Positions 29,460 through 47,123 of a stretch of 64,000 nucleotides of DNA are shown piece by piece. The notes under the pieces were generated by a model. That model saw nothing but the letters and a program-made list of their open reading frames with translations, made no database searches and was not told the DNA's origin. The stretch is from positions 70,928,001 through 70,992,000 of the forward strand of contig OZ024745.1 in the NCBI GenBank assembly GCA_964016885.1. The letters run 5' to 3'. Positions within the stretch are counted from its first letter, which is position 1, and each line of letters starts with the position of its first letter. Made by a program: the position numbers and the translations under genes. The stretch comes from Eledone cirrhosa. Its lineage: Eukaryota.

Positions 29460-30470
29460 TGTGTGTGTTTATACATATATATGTGTGTGTATGTGTTTAT
29501 ACATATATATGTATGTATATGTGTGTGTTTATACATATATATTTATGTGTATGTGTGTGTTTATACATATATATGTGTGTATGTGTTTATAGATGTATAT
29601 GCATGCATATGTGTGTTTATACATACATTTTTATTTATGTGTATGTATGTGTTTATAGATATATATGTATGCATATGTGTGTGTTTATACATATATATTT
29701 ATGTGTATGTGTGTGTTTATACATATATATGTGTGTATGTGTTTATAGATATATATGCATGCATATGTGTGTTTATACATACATTTTTATTTATGTGTAT
29801 GTGTGTGTTTATACATATATATGTGTGTATGTGTTTATAGATATATATGTATGCATATGTGTGTGTTTATACATACATATATATTTATCTGTATGTGTGT
29901 GTTTATACATATATATGTGTGTATGTGTTTATAGATATATATGCATGCATATGTGTGTTTATACATACATTTTTATTTATGTGTATGTGTGTGTTTATAC
30001 ATATATATGTGTGTATGTGTTTATAGATATATATGTATGCATATGTGTGTGTTTATACATACATATGTATGTATGGGTATGTGTGTGTTTATACATATAT
30101 ATTTGTGTATGTGTTTATACATATATATGTATGCATATGTGTGTGTTTATACATATATATTTATGTGTATGTGTATGTTTATACATATATATTTGTGTAT
30201 TTGTTTATAGATATATATGTATGCATATGTGTGTGTTTATACATACATATGTATGTATGGGTATGTGTGTGTTTATACATATATATATATGTGTGTATGT
30301 GTTTACACATATATATATGTATGTATGTGTGTTTATAAATATGTGTGTGTTTTTATACAAATATCTACATGTATGTGTGTTTATACATATATACATATGT
30401 GTATGTGTTTATACATATATATGTATGTGTGTTTATACATATATGTATGTATGTGCTTATACATGTATAT
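29460..30470. repeat. Compound minisatellite built from GTGTGTTTATA[C/G]ATATATAT-like units with higher-order repetition
   Basis: Recurring blocks such as 'atgcatgcatatgtgtgtttatacatacatttttatttatgtg' at ~29598, 29755, 29940. Confidence 0.8.
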
Positions 30471-30704
30471 AACATGTATATATATATATATATGTGTGTG
30501 TGTGTGCGTGTGTGTGTGAAAGAGAGAGGAGTGAAAGGGATATGGGGAGAGAGATACATATGTGTAGACACTGGGGAGAAGACTGAGGAAGGGGAGGGTA
30601 AGGGAGATGGGGGAAGAAAATTGAAAAGAAAAATACTTAATACATAGAAGAGAAATAAGGGTGTGAGGGGGAGTGATTAAGAGGGGAAGGAGATATAGCT
30701 AGCT

Positions 30705-32290
<1,586 letters not shown>

Positions 32291-33138
32291 ATACTCATAG
32301 AGAGAGGGGGGAAGGTGGTGGGGCAGACTGGCAGACAGACAGATGTAGATTTATAGAAATAAAAAGAGAGGGTAGACTAAAAGGGAAAAGAAATACACTG
32401 GAATAAATGGGATTAGAAATAGGGAGAGGGGTATAATGAGGTAACAGAAGAGGGGGTGAGAATTATAGAGAGAAGGTGTAATAGAGAGATAATTGGAGGG
32501 AGAGAGAGATATATAGGATAGGAGAGACAGTCAGACAGAGAGAGAGGGGGTGAGGGATGTAGAAAAAGAGAGGGTGAGATATATATCAAGTGAGAGGGTG
32601 AGACGTAGTGTAAAGATACAACTAATGAAAGAGAATGAGGTTGTTGTATAAAGAGAGAGACAGAGAATGAGTGAGAGAAAGAGAGAGAGAGAGAGAATGA
32701 GGTTTCATATAGTGAGTGAGAGAAGGAGAGAAAGTGTAAGAGAGGTAGATACAATGAGAGAGGGAAAATGGGAGAGATACAGAAAAAGAGAGAGAGGAAG
32801 AGATGTGTGTAAAGTGAAAGAGAAAACGAAGCTGAAGAAGAAGAAAGATGATAAAGAAAAAAAGAGAAAAAAGAATGGGAGAATGCGGAATGAGGATGAG
32901 GAAGAGAAAGAGAAAGAGAAAGAAAATGAGATAGAGTGAGGAGAATGGTGGAGATGAAGATGATGATGATGTGTGGTTATGGTGCTGGTGATGGTGGCGT
33001 TGTTGGGACGATGAGAGAGAGAGAGAAAGAGAGTGAGGAGGAGGAGGAATAATAAAGATGATGAGAGTGGTGGTGGTGGTGGTGGTGGTGGAGCTGATGT
33101 TAGTGTTGATGGTGGTGCTGGTATTAGTGACGGTGTTG

Positions 33139-33202
<64 letters not shown>

Positions 33203-33460
33203 GAGGAAGAGGAGGTTGACGGTGATGAGAGTGCTGCTGGTGCTGGTGCTGGTGCTGGTGCTTGTGGTGTTGGTGTTGGTGCTTATGGTGGTGCTTGTGT
33301 TGGTGCTTATGGTAGTGCTTATGGTGATGCTTGTGGTGGCGTTAGTGCTGGTGTTGGGAGAGAAAGAAGAAAAAAGAGAGAGATGGTGCTTTCATCAGAT
33401 GGTTTTTAGACGTGGTGAGTAACTTTGAAAGATGTAAGAGAGAAGAAAGAAAGGAAGGAA

Positions 33461-33491
<31 letters not shown>

Positions 33492-33699
33492 GGAAGGAAG
33501 GAAAGAATGATAGAAAGAAAGAAAGTAGACAGAAAAGAAGGAAGAGAAGTAAAAGAAATAGAAAAGTAAAAACAAACAACAAAGAAACCAGCACACACAA
33601 AAATAAGAGAGACGACGACCAGTTTTAGTAAAAAAAATGTAAAACTGAACGGCCAACGAGGAGGAGATAAATATATCAAAGAAGAAGGTGTAAAAAGTC

Positions 33700-33850
33700 A
33701 TGTCACTGGGGATCGGCTGTTTCGTTGTTAAGTGGAGAATTTGGACGGTTCCCAGGGAGCGTGAGTATCCGTCATCACACACCATGCGTAAGGTTCGCGT
33801 CGTAGAGTCCACCTTACGGCAATGTTTATCGACCTCATCATCAACGAAGG
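33700..33850 (+). CDS. Putative first coding exon of a secreted/neuropeptide-precursor-like gene (MSLGIGCFVVKWRIWTVPREREYPSSHTMRKVRVVESTLRQCLSTSSSTK; second ATG at 33784 in ACCATG context may be the true start)
   Basis: Non-repetitive, GC-elevated island amid simple repeats. Open frame ends at a strong donor AGG|GTAAGG (GT at 33851-33852), phase 1, followed by a very T/A-rich intron start. Phase matches the acceptors at 46250 and 46280. Confidence 0.6.
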
Positions 33851-34268
33851 GTAAGGTTAATTTCTATGGGACACCCTTCGAAACACCTGAATTATTTTTT
33901 TTTTATTTTTACTATGATTTTTTTTTTACTATTGTTTTTTTTTATTTTTTTATTTTCCATTTTTATTCTTTTTATTATTATATTTATTATTATTAATATT
34001 TTATTATTATTTTTTTAATAATGCCATTGTTGCTATAAATTTATTATTATTATTATTATTATCATTGTTATTACTATTATTAATAATATTACAGATAAGT
34101 CTTATTACTACCAGGACTGCTAGACTTTTCCCTATTTATTAATAATTTAATTATATATATATATAATATAACTATTATTATTATATTTTTATGTAAATCA
34201 ATTATTTATCCTATAAAGGTATTTGATATGCATATAAATATAAATATATAGAGACCTGTATACGTACG

Positions 34269-34300
<32 letters not shown>

Positions 34301-34509
34301 CAATGGCTCTTTGTTAAATACTTTCTATCACTTTCTATATCCACTAGTTAAGTTTTAAACATGAATATTGTTTCCTGCACGAAAACTTAACTCAGCTTTC
34401 TAATATTAATATACAGCTTTATTTCTCTTGCTTCATATATTTATCTATAGTCATGTATATATATATATATGTATATATATATAAACATCTATCTATCTAT
34501 CTAGCTATG

Positions 34510-34605
<96 letters not shown>

Positions 34606-34625
34606 ATGTGTGTGTGTGTGTGTGT

Positions 34626-34680
<55 letters not shown>

Positions 34681-34790
34681 TGTTTGTATTGATTGATAGA
34701 TAAATATATATAAATGTGTGTATATGTTTTGGGGGGGCTTTTCCTACTGCAGGAGTACCGTACTCAATATATGTGTGTGTGTGTGTGTGT

Positions 34791-34866
<76 letters not shown>

Positions 34867-35312
34867 TGTATGTGTCTTTGTGTGTGTGTGTGTGTGTGTG
34901 TGTAGGCACACACGTCTGTCTATAGTTCTGTATATCTACACAGCTTTATCTTTGTTTTCAATATAGAGTCATTCTGTCAATATAAAGTTGTTTGTAACTC
35001 TCTTATTTTTTTTTCTATAAATCATTATTCTTCTCGTTCTTATTCTGTACCATGGCATATGTCTGTGACATATATATATATATGTGTGTGTGTGTATCTG
35101 TGTCTGTGTACGTATATGTGTGTCTCTGTGTGTGTGTATGTGTGTGTGTGTGAGTATGTGTACGAATGTGTGCAAAATGTGTGGATACATGTGTGTTTGC
35201 ATGAATGTAGAATGATTAGATGTAATGTAAACGTTTAATGTGTAAAATATAAAATATTTTATATAAGACATTTAAAAGAATGCACTGAAGAAAAGTATAC
35301 ATACACTCACAA

Positions 35313-35427
<115 letters not shown>

Positions 35428-35872
35428 TGTATGCATGCGTGCGTATATATACATACACATACAAATACACACACGCACAATATATATGTATATATGTGTG
35501 CATATATATATGTATAATATATGTTATATACAACATAAACATTTGAATATATACAATAAAGTTATTTCAGCCATATGTCCTACATAAACTGTTTATTATA
35601 TTTTTATTCACTATCAAATCCCGCCGAGGTTGACTTTGCCTTTCATCCTTACGGGGTCGATAAAATAAAGTACCAGTAATGCACTGAGTAATGCACACAG
35701 TAATGCACTGGCCTTGTGCCTAAAGCAGAAACAATTATATTTGTATTCACTAGATTAAGTCCCGTTTGACAATATTGGATAATATTAGAGCAATATTTCG
35801 ATTAGAACATATATTGATATACAAAACTTGATATAGTCAACAATGTATATGTATTATTCAAACAGGTACATA

Positions 35873-35949
<77 letters not shown>

Positions 35950-35956
35950 CATATAA

Positions 35957-36021
<65 letters not shown>

Positions 36022-36315
36022 TATATAAATATATATATGTATATATATATATATATATATACAGATACACACACAGATGCTCACACATGTAGACGCACGC
36101 ACACACACACACACATACACACACACATGAGTATATATGTGTATGTGTGTGCATATGTGTATCTTTATTTTGATTTTGATTTATTCCTATTGACAAAACT
36201 CTCGTGCTAACTTTTGAATACATGCCTCAAAAATGTATTACTAGAATTATATAATGGTTATTGTTTAACCTTGATTATATATATATTAAGTATATATATA
36301 TATATATATATATAA

Positions 36316-36396
<81 letters not shown>

Positions 36397-36439
36397 TATA
36401 TATATATATATATAAGTATATATATATATATATATATAA

Positions 36440-36497
<58 letters not shown>

Positions 36498-36532
36498 TTA
36501 TATATATATATATACTTATATATATATATATA

Positions 36533-36597
<65 letters not shown>

Positions 36598-36815
36598 TTA
36601 TACATATATATATATATATATATATATAAGTATATATATATATATTTATATATATTTATATATATATAAGTATATATATATTTATATATATTTATATATA
36701 TATATATATACATATTCTAATATACTAATACTCTTTAATATATAGAAGCATCATGGGAAACAGAAACGTGAAATCTCACTAGATTCCTGCCTAAATTCTT
36801 TGTTTATCAATGATT

Positions 36816-36938
<123 letters not shown>

Positions 36939-37142
36939 ATATTTCCACACCTATGCATGTGTATGAATGTTTGAGTGCGTGTATAACCCTAGGCATTCGA
37001 AATGTCAGTAGTCCTACTGCTACAGATGTATAAGTCCTGGTGTAAACATATCTCATGTTTTAGACACCCATTGCTTCATGGTTCTTGAAGTTTTACTTCT
37101 TACACAGATACACACACACACATATATATACATGTGTGTATA

Positions 37143-37270
<128 letters not shown>

Positions 37271-37424
37271 CATACATATATATAGAGATATATATGTACA
37301 TAAGTATATACATATGCATATATACAAACATATATGTATATTTACATGATATACACTCACATATATACATGCATATATATATATATATACATACATGCAT
37401 ATATGTGTTTGCGTGTGTGTGTAT

Positions 37425-37463
<39 letters not shown>

Positions 37464-37654
37464 TGTGAGTGTGTGTGTGTGTACTAATACTACTGCCCTT
37501 CACATTTGTTATTTTCTGATATCTCAAATTTTTATTAATTTTCTTTTTTTTTTTCATCATTTCTTATTGAAGTAGTCAGCTTTCCTTCATACACACAGAG
37601 ACACGCATACATATATATATATGTATACATATATATATATATATATTTCTATAC

Positions 37655-37732
<78 letters not shown>

Positions 37733-37776
37733 GTATATATATATTTATATATTATATATATATATTTATATAATAC

Positions 37777-37807
<31 letters not shown>

Positions 37808-37829
37808 TTATACATACATATATATACAT

Positions 37830-37886
<57 letters not shown>

Positions 37887-38413
37887 CATACAAGCCTTCC
37901 ATTTCTCTTCTTGCATTTATTCCTCATCATTTTTGCCCTTCTTTTCTAACTCAATCAAGTTCTCTTTACGTATTTGATTCTTTTTAGCCTTACTTTAAAT
38001 CTTTTATCATTTATTTATTGATATTTTTGTTGCTGTTGTTGTTCTTGTCGTCGTTGTTGTTGCTGCTGTTTTCTTTTTATACTTTATCCAAAACCATATA
38101 TTTTTTAGCTTTTCTGTTAATCAATATAACACGAAGTTATCAATCACGTCTATGCCAATTTATCCTACCTGCCCCAGAACTAATATTTTTTCTACATCTA
38201 CCACCATCACCACCACCGTCACCTTCACCGCCGTCACCATCACCACCACCATCACCATCACCGTCACACCACTATCCTTTCCTTTTCACTTTCCTCCATT
38301 TTGTTTTTTTATATCTTCATTTCTCTATTCTCTTTTCATGACTTACACCACAGTCTTTTGCTCGGTATATTTCTAGTAAAAAATCTCTTTTTAACTTCCC
38401 ACCTGTTGTTCTA

Positions 38414-38444
<31 letters not shown>

Positions 38445-38901
38445 CTTCTTCTTCTTCTTCTTCTTCTTCTTCTTCTTCTTCTTCTTCTTCTTCTTCCCTA
38501 TCGTCTATCCTATATTTTTGGTATTTTTGATATTCCCGCTTAAACCAACAACATCGACTCCATTATTCATCATTATTCAGTACATTGTACTTTGCTTTCC
38601 GTGCATTTTATAGAATTATAGCCAAAATATCTTGTTATTTCATCTTTCAATTGCATATGTATATATATATGCATGTGTGTGTATATATAAATACGTTTAC
38701 TGCTTTTACTTCAATTCGTTTTCGACATGTGATAATTATTTTCACCAAACGATATAGATATTTATTTATAACTAGTTTAGTTCAATACTTTATTTCGTCT
38801 TACAATAAATATAATGAGTAATATTTCATATTTTAAAAGCTAGTGATGACTATCACACACAGCAATATACGACTGTAAATATATATATATATATATATAT
38901 A

Positions 38902-39038
38902 TAGGAACAAGTAAGACCCCGACGGCTGAGCTCAAGCCGTCGGGGTCTTACTTGTCCCTATTACCCACTCTACTACCCTATATATTGAGTACTTTGGTGC
39001 GTTATGGTCCACCTGGTTCCTTACCACATTTCCTTCGT

Positions 39039-39040
<2 letters not shown>
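38902..39040 (+). mobile_element. F2 element with collapsed palindrome centre (in the putative intron)
   Basis: ggaacaagtaagaccccgacggctgagctcaagccgtcggggtcttacttgtcc plus the F2 tail. Confidence 0.7.
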
Positions 39041-39070
<30 letters not shown>

Positions 39071-40324
39071 TATTAACATTGTTAACTTTAGGAAAATATT
39101 TACTATTTTTTGTATTCATCGTGTTTCTAACAATTCGAATAAACATGGCTTTCTTGGCAATCATACTATTTTTTATATCGTCTAACTATATATATATATG
39201 TAAGGTTGCTAATATTGAAGGGTATTTATGTGCCGTATGTTTTTCTGTGAGTATGTGTATATATATATATATATATAAGAAAAAGCGAAGTAGTTTCAGA
39301 TGTAAAAGTCCTTGGGATGAGATATCTGTCCTAGAGGTAAATGATATTGAACATTAGTATCAATAAACCAAATATTTATAATATTTGAACACGCGTAATT
39401 AGAGATGAATCAACGAATCAATAAAAGAAGGATTCTCAGATATTAAACTATCCTTTGTTTAAGAAAATGTGTTAATATATTTCTAACATATTACATCTCC
39501 TTCATCTTCAAAGATCCAGATATTTAACATACTCTGTTTCTATCCTCCCCCCCCCCTCACTCCCACTCTCTCGCTCGCTCTTTTTCTCCCCGTAGCATTG
39601 TAAAATATGATTGAAACAAATTGTTAATATAAATATCACCGTTATGTTTAATACATCGGAAAGTGAGTGTCATAAAGATTTTAGCATATATCACTTACAA
39701 AAGGAAATAGTACGCATGTTAACATTTTAATATCCTTAACAACATATTTTACTCTGATAACAGAAATGATTGTTAAAAACTTCCTTAAATAAAACAATAA
39801 TCTTATCAATAAAACAATAATCTTATCAAAAACAAAATGGTTTCCGACAAAGAGTATGAGCTTTTACGCGAAACGCGCCATTTTAACTTTAAGTGGGTTT
39901 TATAAGTATATTCCGTTCTAGAAGGCATCCAACGTCTTACGTAACCTAGCTAAGGTGTATCCCTTATGAAAGTAGAAATAAGTATAAATATATTTTTTTA
40001 AATAATAATGATAACTTCTAATATAAGGACAAGTCTAGAATTTGAAGGAAAGAGTTTAGATGTTTTAAACCAATTGCAGTACTTTATTTTACTGACCTCA
40101 CACTTATAATAGACGACATTGAACTCGAAGTGATAGGACTCAAAACATAAAGAACTTAAACAAATGCCACATCGAAACTACCAAACTTCCGCTCTAAAAT
40201 ATTTGAGTATAATGTGATCTACAAAGTGGTATCAGTGTTTAACCCCAAATCTTGTTTCAACGAGGGTTTAATTCTATAATACAGTATTTAGTAGTTGTAG
40301 TTACAGAAAATAGAGAATAACAAA

Positions 40325-40500
40325 ATAATTGTTTCTACTTTAGGCGCAAGGCCAGCAATTCACCAGTGCATTACTGGTACTTTATTTTATCGACCCCGTA
40401 AGGTAGAAATGCAAAGTCAACCTCGGCGGGATTTGAACTCAGATCGTAAAGGGACGTAACTATGCTGGAAAACATGGCGTCCGACCCTCTACCGATACTG
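40325..40500 (-). mobile_element. SINE family B, young subfamily (very similar to 12300-12455 and 35615-35735)
   Basis: Reverse complement of ...gagttcaaatcccgccgaggttgactttgc...aagtaccagtaatgcactgg. Confidence 0.75.
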
Positions 40501-40872
40501 CATGATTCGTATTAACAAAACGTGATTTGATATTAATTAACTTTTTGTTAAAAATTCCAATAAGAATTCAAACCAGAATATCTAAGAGACATTTTGTAAA
40601 CTCTTGACCTTATAATTAACTAGTTTATTGGAACCATTGCCGTTAAATCATTCGCATATATTAACGTTTTAAGCATTCAATTATGGGAGACATTTTCGAG
40701 CGTTGGCTTTGAGACATTTGTATTTGGCAAAATATAAATATGTCCCTTGCTTGGGTTAAAATGTCCATCGCCCCACCAACTCTAGAACCAGGTTCTTGGA
40801 TCCTTTTACAGGAGTACGCTCTGTAGCACATGTCGATAGCTAGCTAGATAGGTAGATACATAGATAGATAGG

Positions 40873-40941
<69 letters not shown>

Positions 40942-41014
40942 GTTTATATGCAGCCACTCTCTAGATAATTAGAAAACGAAGAGAGAAACTACAAATATGA
41001 TATATATATATAAA

Positions 41015-41069
<55 letters not shown>

Positions 41070-41613
41070 ATTAAATCGTAGGACACAACTAGACCAGCTC
41101 ATGATGTATATATATATATATATAGAAAGGATAAAAAGGACGATTGATTATTCCTTCATTGCATTTATTGATAGGTGACGCGCGTTTCGCCACTGATCAG
41201 CTCAAGGTTCGATCTATATCGATCCTACCCGACTAAATAATCGGCAGCTCGAAGGACCCTCTTAAAATGATATAAGAAAATGAAATACATGCTATGGGTC
41301 ACAGAAGTGAACCTAAACATCGAGTGCTCACCCGGGTGAACCTGCAGTAACTCCTAGTTACACCCACTGGATATATATATATATATGTATATATATATGT
41401 ATATATATATATATATGTGTATGTATATGTGTATGTGTGTGTGTGTGTGTGTGTGAATATACATATATATATATATACATACATACATTTCTATGAGCTG
41501 GTCTAGTTGTGTCCTACGATTTAATCTTTAATTTTATTATTTCATACATTTTGGACTTCACAGTTATGAGCATACTGTAGGTGTCTTTCCAAAGTATAGG
41601 TGTCTGTTTGTGT

Positions 41614-41647
<34 letters not shown>

Positions 41648-41969
41648 GGGGGGGGGGGGGGGCGTGCGTACATGATTGCTTTGCCGTTTTACGTGTGTAT
41701 ATTTAAGTACGTATGTACATTGTGACTAAGTTGGCGTGTTAAATATTTAACTGATGGTGGATATAGTGTTGGTAATAGTATCAGTGGTAATGGAGTTGGC
41801 GTTGTTTCTTGAGGTGGGGTGGGATAGATAGTTAACGTCAGTAGAAAATTTAAAAAAGATTAGTAAAACTGTTTAATAACTCCATTAAAAACCATTAGGA
41901 TTTCCTTTATTTATTAACAACTTTTGAGAACTAAGTGATTCTCTATATACACATGTATATATGTATATG

Positions 41970-42081
<112 letters not shown>

Positions 42082-42301
42082 GTATATATTTAGATATATG
42101 TATATATTTATATATATGTATATATTTATATATATGTATATATTTATATATATGTATATATTTATATATATATATGTGTGTGTGTACGCGTGTATGTGCA
42201 TGCGTACATATATGTAAATACGTTTGTACATAATATATTAATTAAAATGTATATACACTATATATATAAATATACAATATATATATATAGATATATGTAT
42301 A

Positions 42302-42437
<136 letters not shown>

Positions 42438-42438
42438 C

Positions 42439-42500
<62 letters not shown>

Positions 42501-42648
42501 AAGTATTTCTTATCAGGTAAAGTTTCAAGAATTAGAAATCCGAACAACATTAATAAATATATAAAACATGAGAAAAACGGGAGAAAAAGGAAGATTTTTG
42601 AATATGAAAGTTAGATGTATCGATTTATTCACATATACACACATACAC

Positions 42649-42734
<86 letters not shown>

Positions 42735-43086
42735 ATATACATACATATATATATATATATGTGTGTGTGTGTATATACATACATATATATATATATGTCA
42801 TTATTGAAAGTACCAGTAATACATTGGTATAATTGTTGGCCTTGTGCCAAAAGTAGAAACAATTATTGTAAAATACAAAGAGCATATATTTGAATGAATT
42901 TTATATGCAAATATTTTGTTGTATTTTCTTCCTAATATTGTTCTGCAAGTAATGTTAAAGTTCTAACTTGACTATCTATAATTACACATACAAGACCTAG
43001 AGCCAATCATCTGTGAAACACACGAAACGTTCCATCCGCCATAATAATATTTTAAAGTGAAACTTCGTTATCTCTTTTATAATATA

Positions 43087-43124
<38 letters not shown>

Positions 43125-43138
43125 CCTACATATATATA

Positions 43139-43266
<128 letters not shown>

Positions 43267-43268
43267 CC

Positions 43269-43313
<45 letters not shown>

Positions 43314-43352
43314 ACATATATATAAGCGCATATTTGAGTGTGAGCCTGTGTA

Positions 43353-43392
<40 letters not shown>

Positions 43393-43841
43393 GTGAGAGT
43401 GTGTTCGGTAAGTTTCAGATCAACATGTTATCGATTAGTAATCAATTGACTTGACCGATGTGGAACCACGATATCACATGACCTTTTGATTTTCTAACTC
43501 TTAGCCCCCCCCCCCCCCCTCCCCCTCCAACTGCGCCGCCTGAACTACCGACACCACTGCGCGCACCGCCTACACCTACAATCACTGCCAACATCCTCCC
43601 CACCCCCATCACAGTCATTGTGACCACCTGCTTCACTGCTACCACCATCATCATCATTATCATCATCATCATCATCAATGCGTTATTTGAGAGATAGTGC
43701 TAGTATCTTCCACAACCATTAGGTTGAGATACATACGCACACATAAATATACACACACACATACGCATACATATATACGTATATATGTATGTATATATAT
43801 ACGTGTGTGTGTGTGTGTGTGTGTGTGTGCATATATTATAT

Positions 43842-43982
<141 letters not shown>

Positions 43983-44007
43983 TCATATATATATATTCTC
44001 ATATATA

Positions 44008-44083
<76 letters not shown>

Positions 44084-44119
44084 CCATCTTCCTACTAAAC
44101 TCACCAATAGCTCCTCACA

Positions 44120-44400
44120 CATACATATATAGGCGTACATATATACATACATCTATAGGCGTACATATATACATACATCTATAGGCGTACATATATACAT
44201 ACATATATAGGCGTACATATATACATACATCTATAGGCGTACATATATACATACATATATAGGCGTACATATATACATACATCTATAGGCGTACATATAT
44301 ACATACATATATAGGCGTACATATATACATACATATATAGGCGTACATATATACATACATATATAGGCGTACATATATACATACATATATAGGCGTACAT
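44120..44400. repeat. 26-bp minisatellite, ~11 copies (ATAGGCGTACATATATACATACAT[C/A]T)
   Basis: AGGCGT recurs every 26 nt from 44131 to 44391. Confidence 0.9.
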
Positions 44401-44496
44401 ACGTGCACACACTCGTTGTTAATATTGATCCCATCAACAATATCCACTTATCCACCTACACCACCTCCTTCCTTCCTTCCTTCCTTTCTTCTCTCC

Positions 44497-44527
<31 letters not shown>

Positions 44528-44987
44528 TTTCTTCTTCTTCTTCCACTTCCTAATTCTCGACCCCACTTCTCCACACTCCGCTGCCCTGCCCAGCCTTGCT
44601 GCCCCTATCCTGCACAACCTACCCTCCCCCTCGCCCCCCCCCCAACCTCTGCCCTATTCTATCACCTTCTCTTCACCTCCACCGCCACCACCACTACCAC
44701 CACCACCACCACCACCACCACCCCCACCACCACCAGCACCACCACCACCACCACCAACAGTATCAATATCGCCTCAGTTGCCAATGCCAGTTCCAATAGA
44801 ATAATAGTATGGCAATAACGTTACGAACATGAATAATAATAACAACTGTTAAACCATGACAGCGTTACCCACGAGTTGTCCTTCCTTTGTAATAGCACAT
44901 CATTCACTGTTGATTGCTGATTGACGAGAGTGGCATAGGAAGGGGAACTAATCTGTATCTATATACATATTGATATATAATATATAT

Positions 44988-45092
<105 letters not shown>

Positions 45093-45445
45093 TATATGTT
45101 CAGTCCGAAGCTAAACTACTGCGTACTGTGTGTTTTATAAACGCAAGAAATCACTAAATATTTAAACCAAAAAGAATTTGAAATAACACCCACTCATTCC
45201 TTCAACTTTCGGAGAATATATTAGTTGTTGTTGTTGTGTTGTTGTTGTGGCATTTATAGCTGTTGTTATTTTTGTTGTTGTTGTTGTGGAGATCGATGTG
45301 GTCGTTGTCGTCGCCATTGTTGTTGGTGTTGGTGGTGGTGATTGTGTTGCTGATATGATCAGTAGAATCTACTACAGTTACAACTTTCCAGCAGTAATGG
45401 GATAATGTTTACGATGAACATGATGATTGTGATGCCTATAATGAC

Positions 45446-45485
<40 letters not shown>

Positions 45486-45550
45486 GTGGTGGCGATAAGA
45501 GCCTCGTAGAAGTGTCCCTGCGCTAACGGTGGAATGAGATGCTACTAGTA

Positions 45551-45622
<72 letters not shown>

Positions 45623-45826
45623 TAAATAATAATACAAATAATGATAACAAAGAATGACATCTAATATCTAATGCTGGTATATATATATAGTCAACAATTA
45701 TGTGATCGATGAATTACAAATATATTGATTTCTAAAGAGACACGTGTCTGACGAGCGCGATACGTCTAGCTAGATAGATGCAATAACATATTACACATAC
45801 GTCCCGATAAGTACAATTACCGTGCA

Positions 45827-45884
<58 letters not shown>

Positions 45885-46280
45885 CATATATATATATATA
45901 TATATAATACATATATGTGTTTGTGTATGTATTAATAAATATATAACATATGTCGTCGAAACTCAGAAATTCTATCGATGAAGAACACATGCTCCCTTCG
46001 ATTATATTATATTTATCGATTTATATCAATCAGCTGAAGCCTTTTTTTTTAAACTCTATTTAATGAACATTTCACATAAATAAAAGCAAATTATGTGCAT
46101 TGAGAATACCTATAAACAAGAACCCGGCGTTGTCAGAAATACCCCTTAAGTCTACCCTGGCATTTGAGCGGGAGATTTGAGGGGTGGTGGTTGTTTTTTA
46201 AAGAAGTTTCACAATTCTTATAAGTGACTTTGTCGTTGCTACTGCTGCAGCCGCTGTTGTTGTTGTGGTTGTTGTTGTAG

Positions 46281-46795
46281 GGAGTCTGTTAGTGTTCTTG
46301 TTAGGGATTTCGCTCTTTCAGTTAGTTTCCACCGTGACCCCGTTTTTTCAAGCCGGCAAGAGGCTGCGGCGAAGTCGGCATAATCACAATCATCATCATC
46401 AACAACAGCAACAAGAACAACAGCGGCAGCGGCAGCAGCAGCAACAGCAACAACGACAGGAGCATCATCATCATCATCACCAACATCAGCTGTATCAAGA
46501 AAGAGAAAAAGAAGAAGAAGAGGAAGAAGAAGAGGAAGAAGAAAAAGCGGAAGAAAAAAAAGAAGAAAAATATAGCGATATCGACGAATACTGCTCTGAG
46601 CGGGATCTCCCCCCTATACTCCCTGGTGAACGTGACCATCGTCAAGTTAGCAGAACAGACCCCAACATAATAAGTGAGAAAGAAGCTGTTAAACAGCGAA
46701 CACTTGATAAGAAGAGAAAGGGATCCGGTATGTTTTCGTGGGCGGACAGTTCCAGCGGTTTAAACGTGTTCGCCTCCGATCGATATTCAGTGTGA
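46281..46795 (+). CDS. Putative second coding exon: hydrophobic segment (GSLLVFLLGISLFQLVST), VTPFFQA-GKR, RLRRSR, His/Gln/Glu low-complexity spacer, KKRK, C-terminal GSGMFSWADSSSGLNVFASDRYSV
   Basis: About 515-nt open frame with codon-like trinucleotide runs. TG-rich tract ends in TAG at 46278-46280 (phase 1); an alternative CAG at 46248-46250 is also phase 1. Ends either at TGA 46793-46795 or at a consensus donor GTGAGT 46792-46797. Confidence 0.65.
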
Positions 46796-46903
46796 GTTAA
46801 TATACATATATTTATTATCTATCTACTTTATGGCACCTGCCCACCACATACACACACACGTATATACATACATACACATATATATATATATATATATATA
46901 AAT

Positions 46904-46999
<96 letters not shown>

Positions 47000-47041
47000 G
47001 TACATATATGAATATTTATATGCATATATATATATATATAC

Positions 47042-47123
<82 letters not shown>

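Noticed and set aside
39832-39885. GCGAAACGCGCC with AAAATGG/CCATTTT flanks as a hammerhead
   Set aside because: No CTGANGA core and no UH site.
44120-44400. CRISPR-like regular repeat
   Set aside because: Contiguous tandem units with no unique spacers, no cas genes, eukaryotic context.
44403-44804. Pro-rich/His-rich ORFs (also 25368-25695, 38018-38376, 33033-33422)
   Set aside because: They derive from (CCA)/(GGT)/(CCT) trinucleotide tracts, with no convincing splice sites or domain.
45730-45775. Hammerhead-like CTGACGAGCGCGATACG
   Set aside because: GAAA is replaced by GATA and no stem I/III closure was found.
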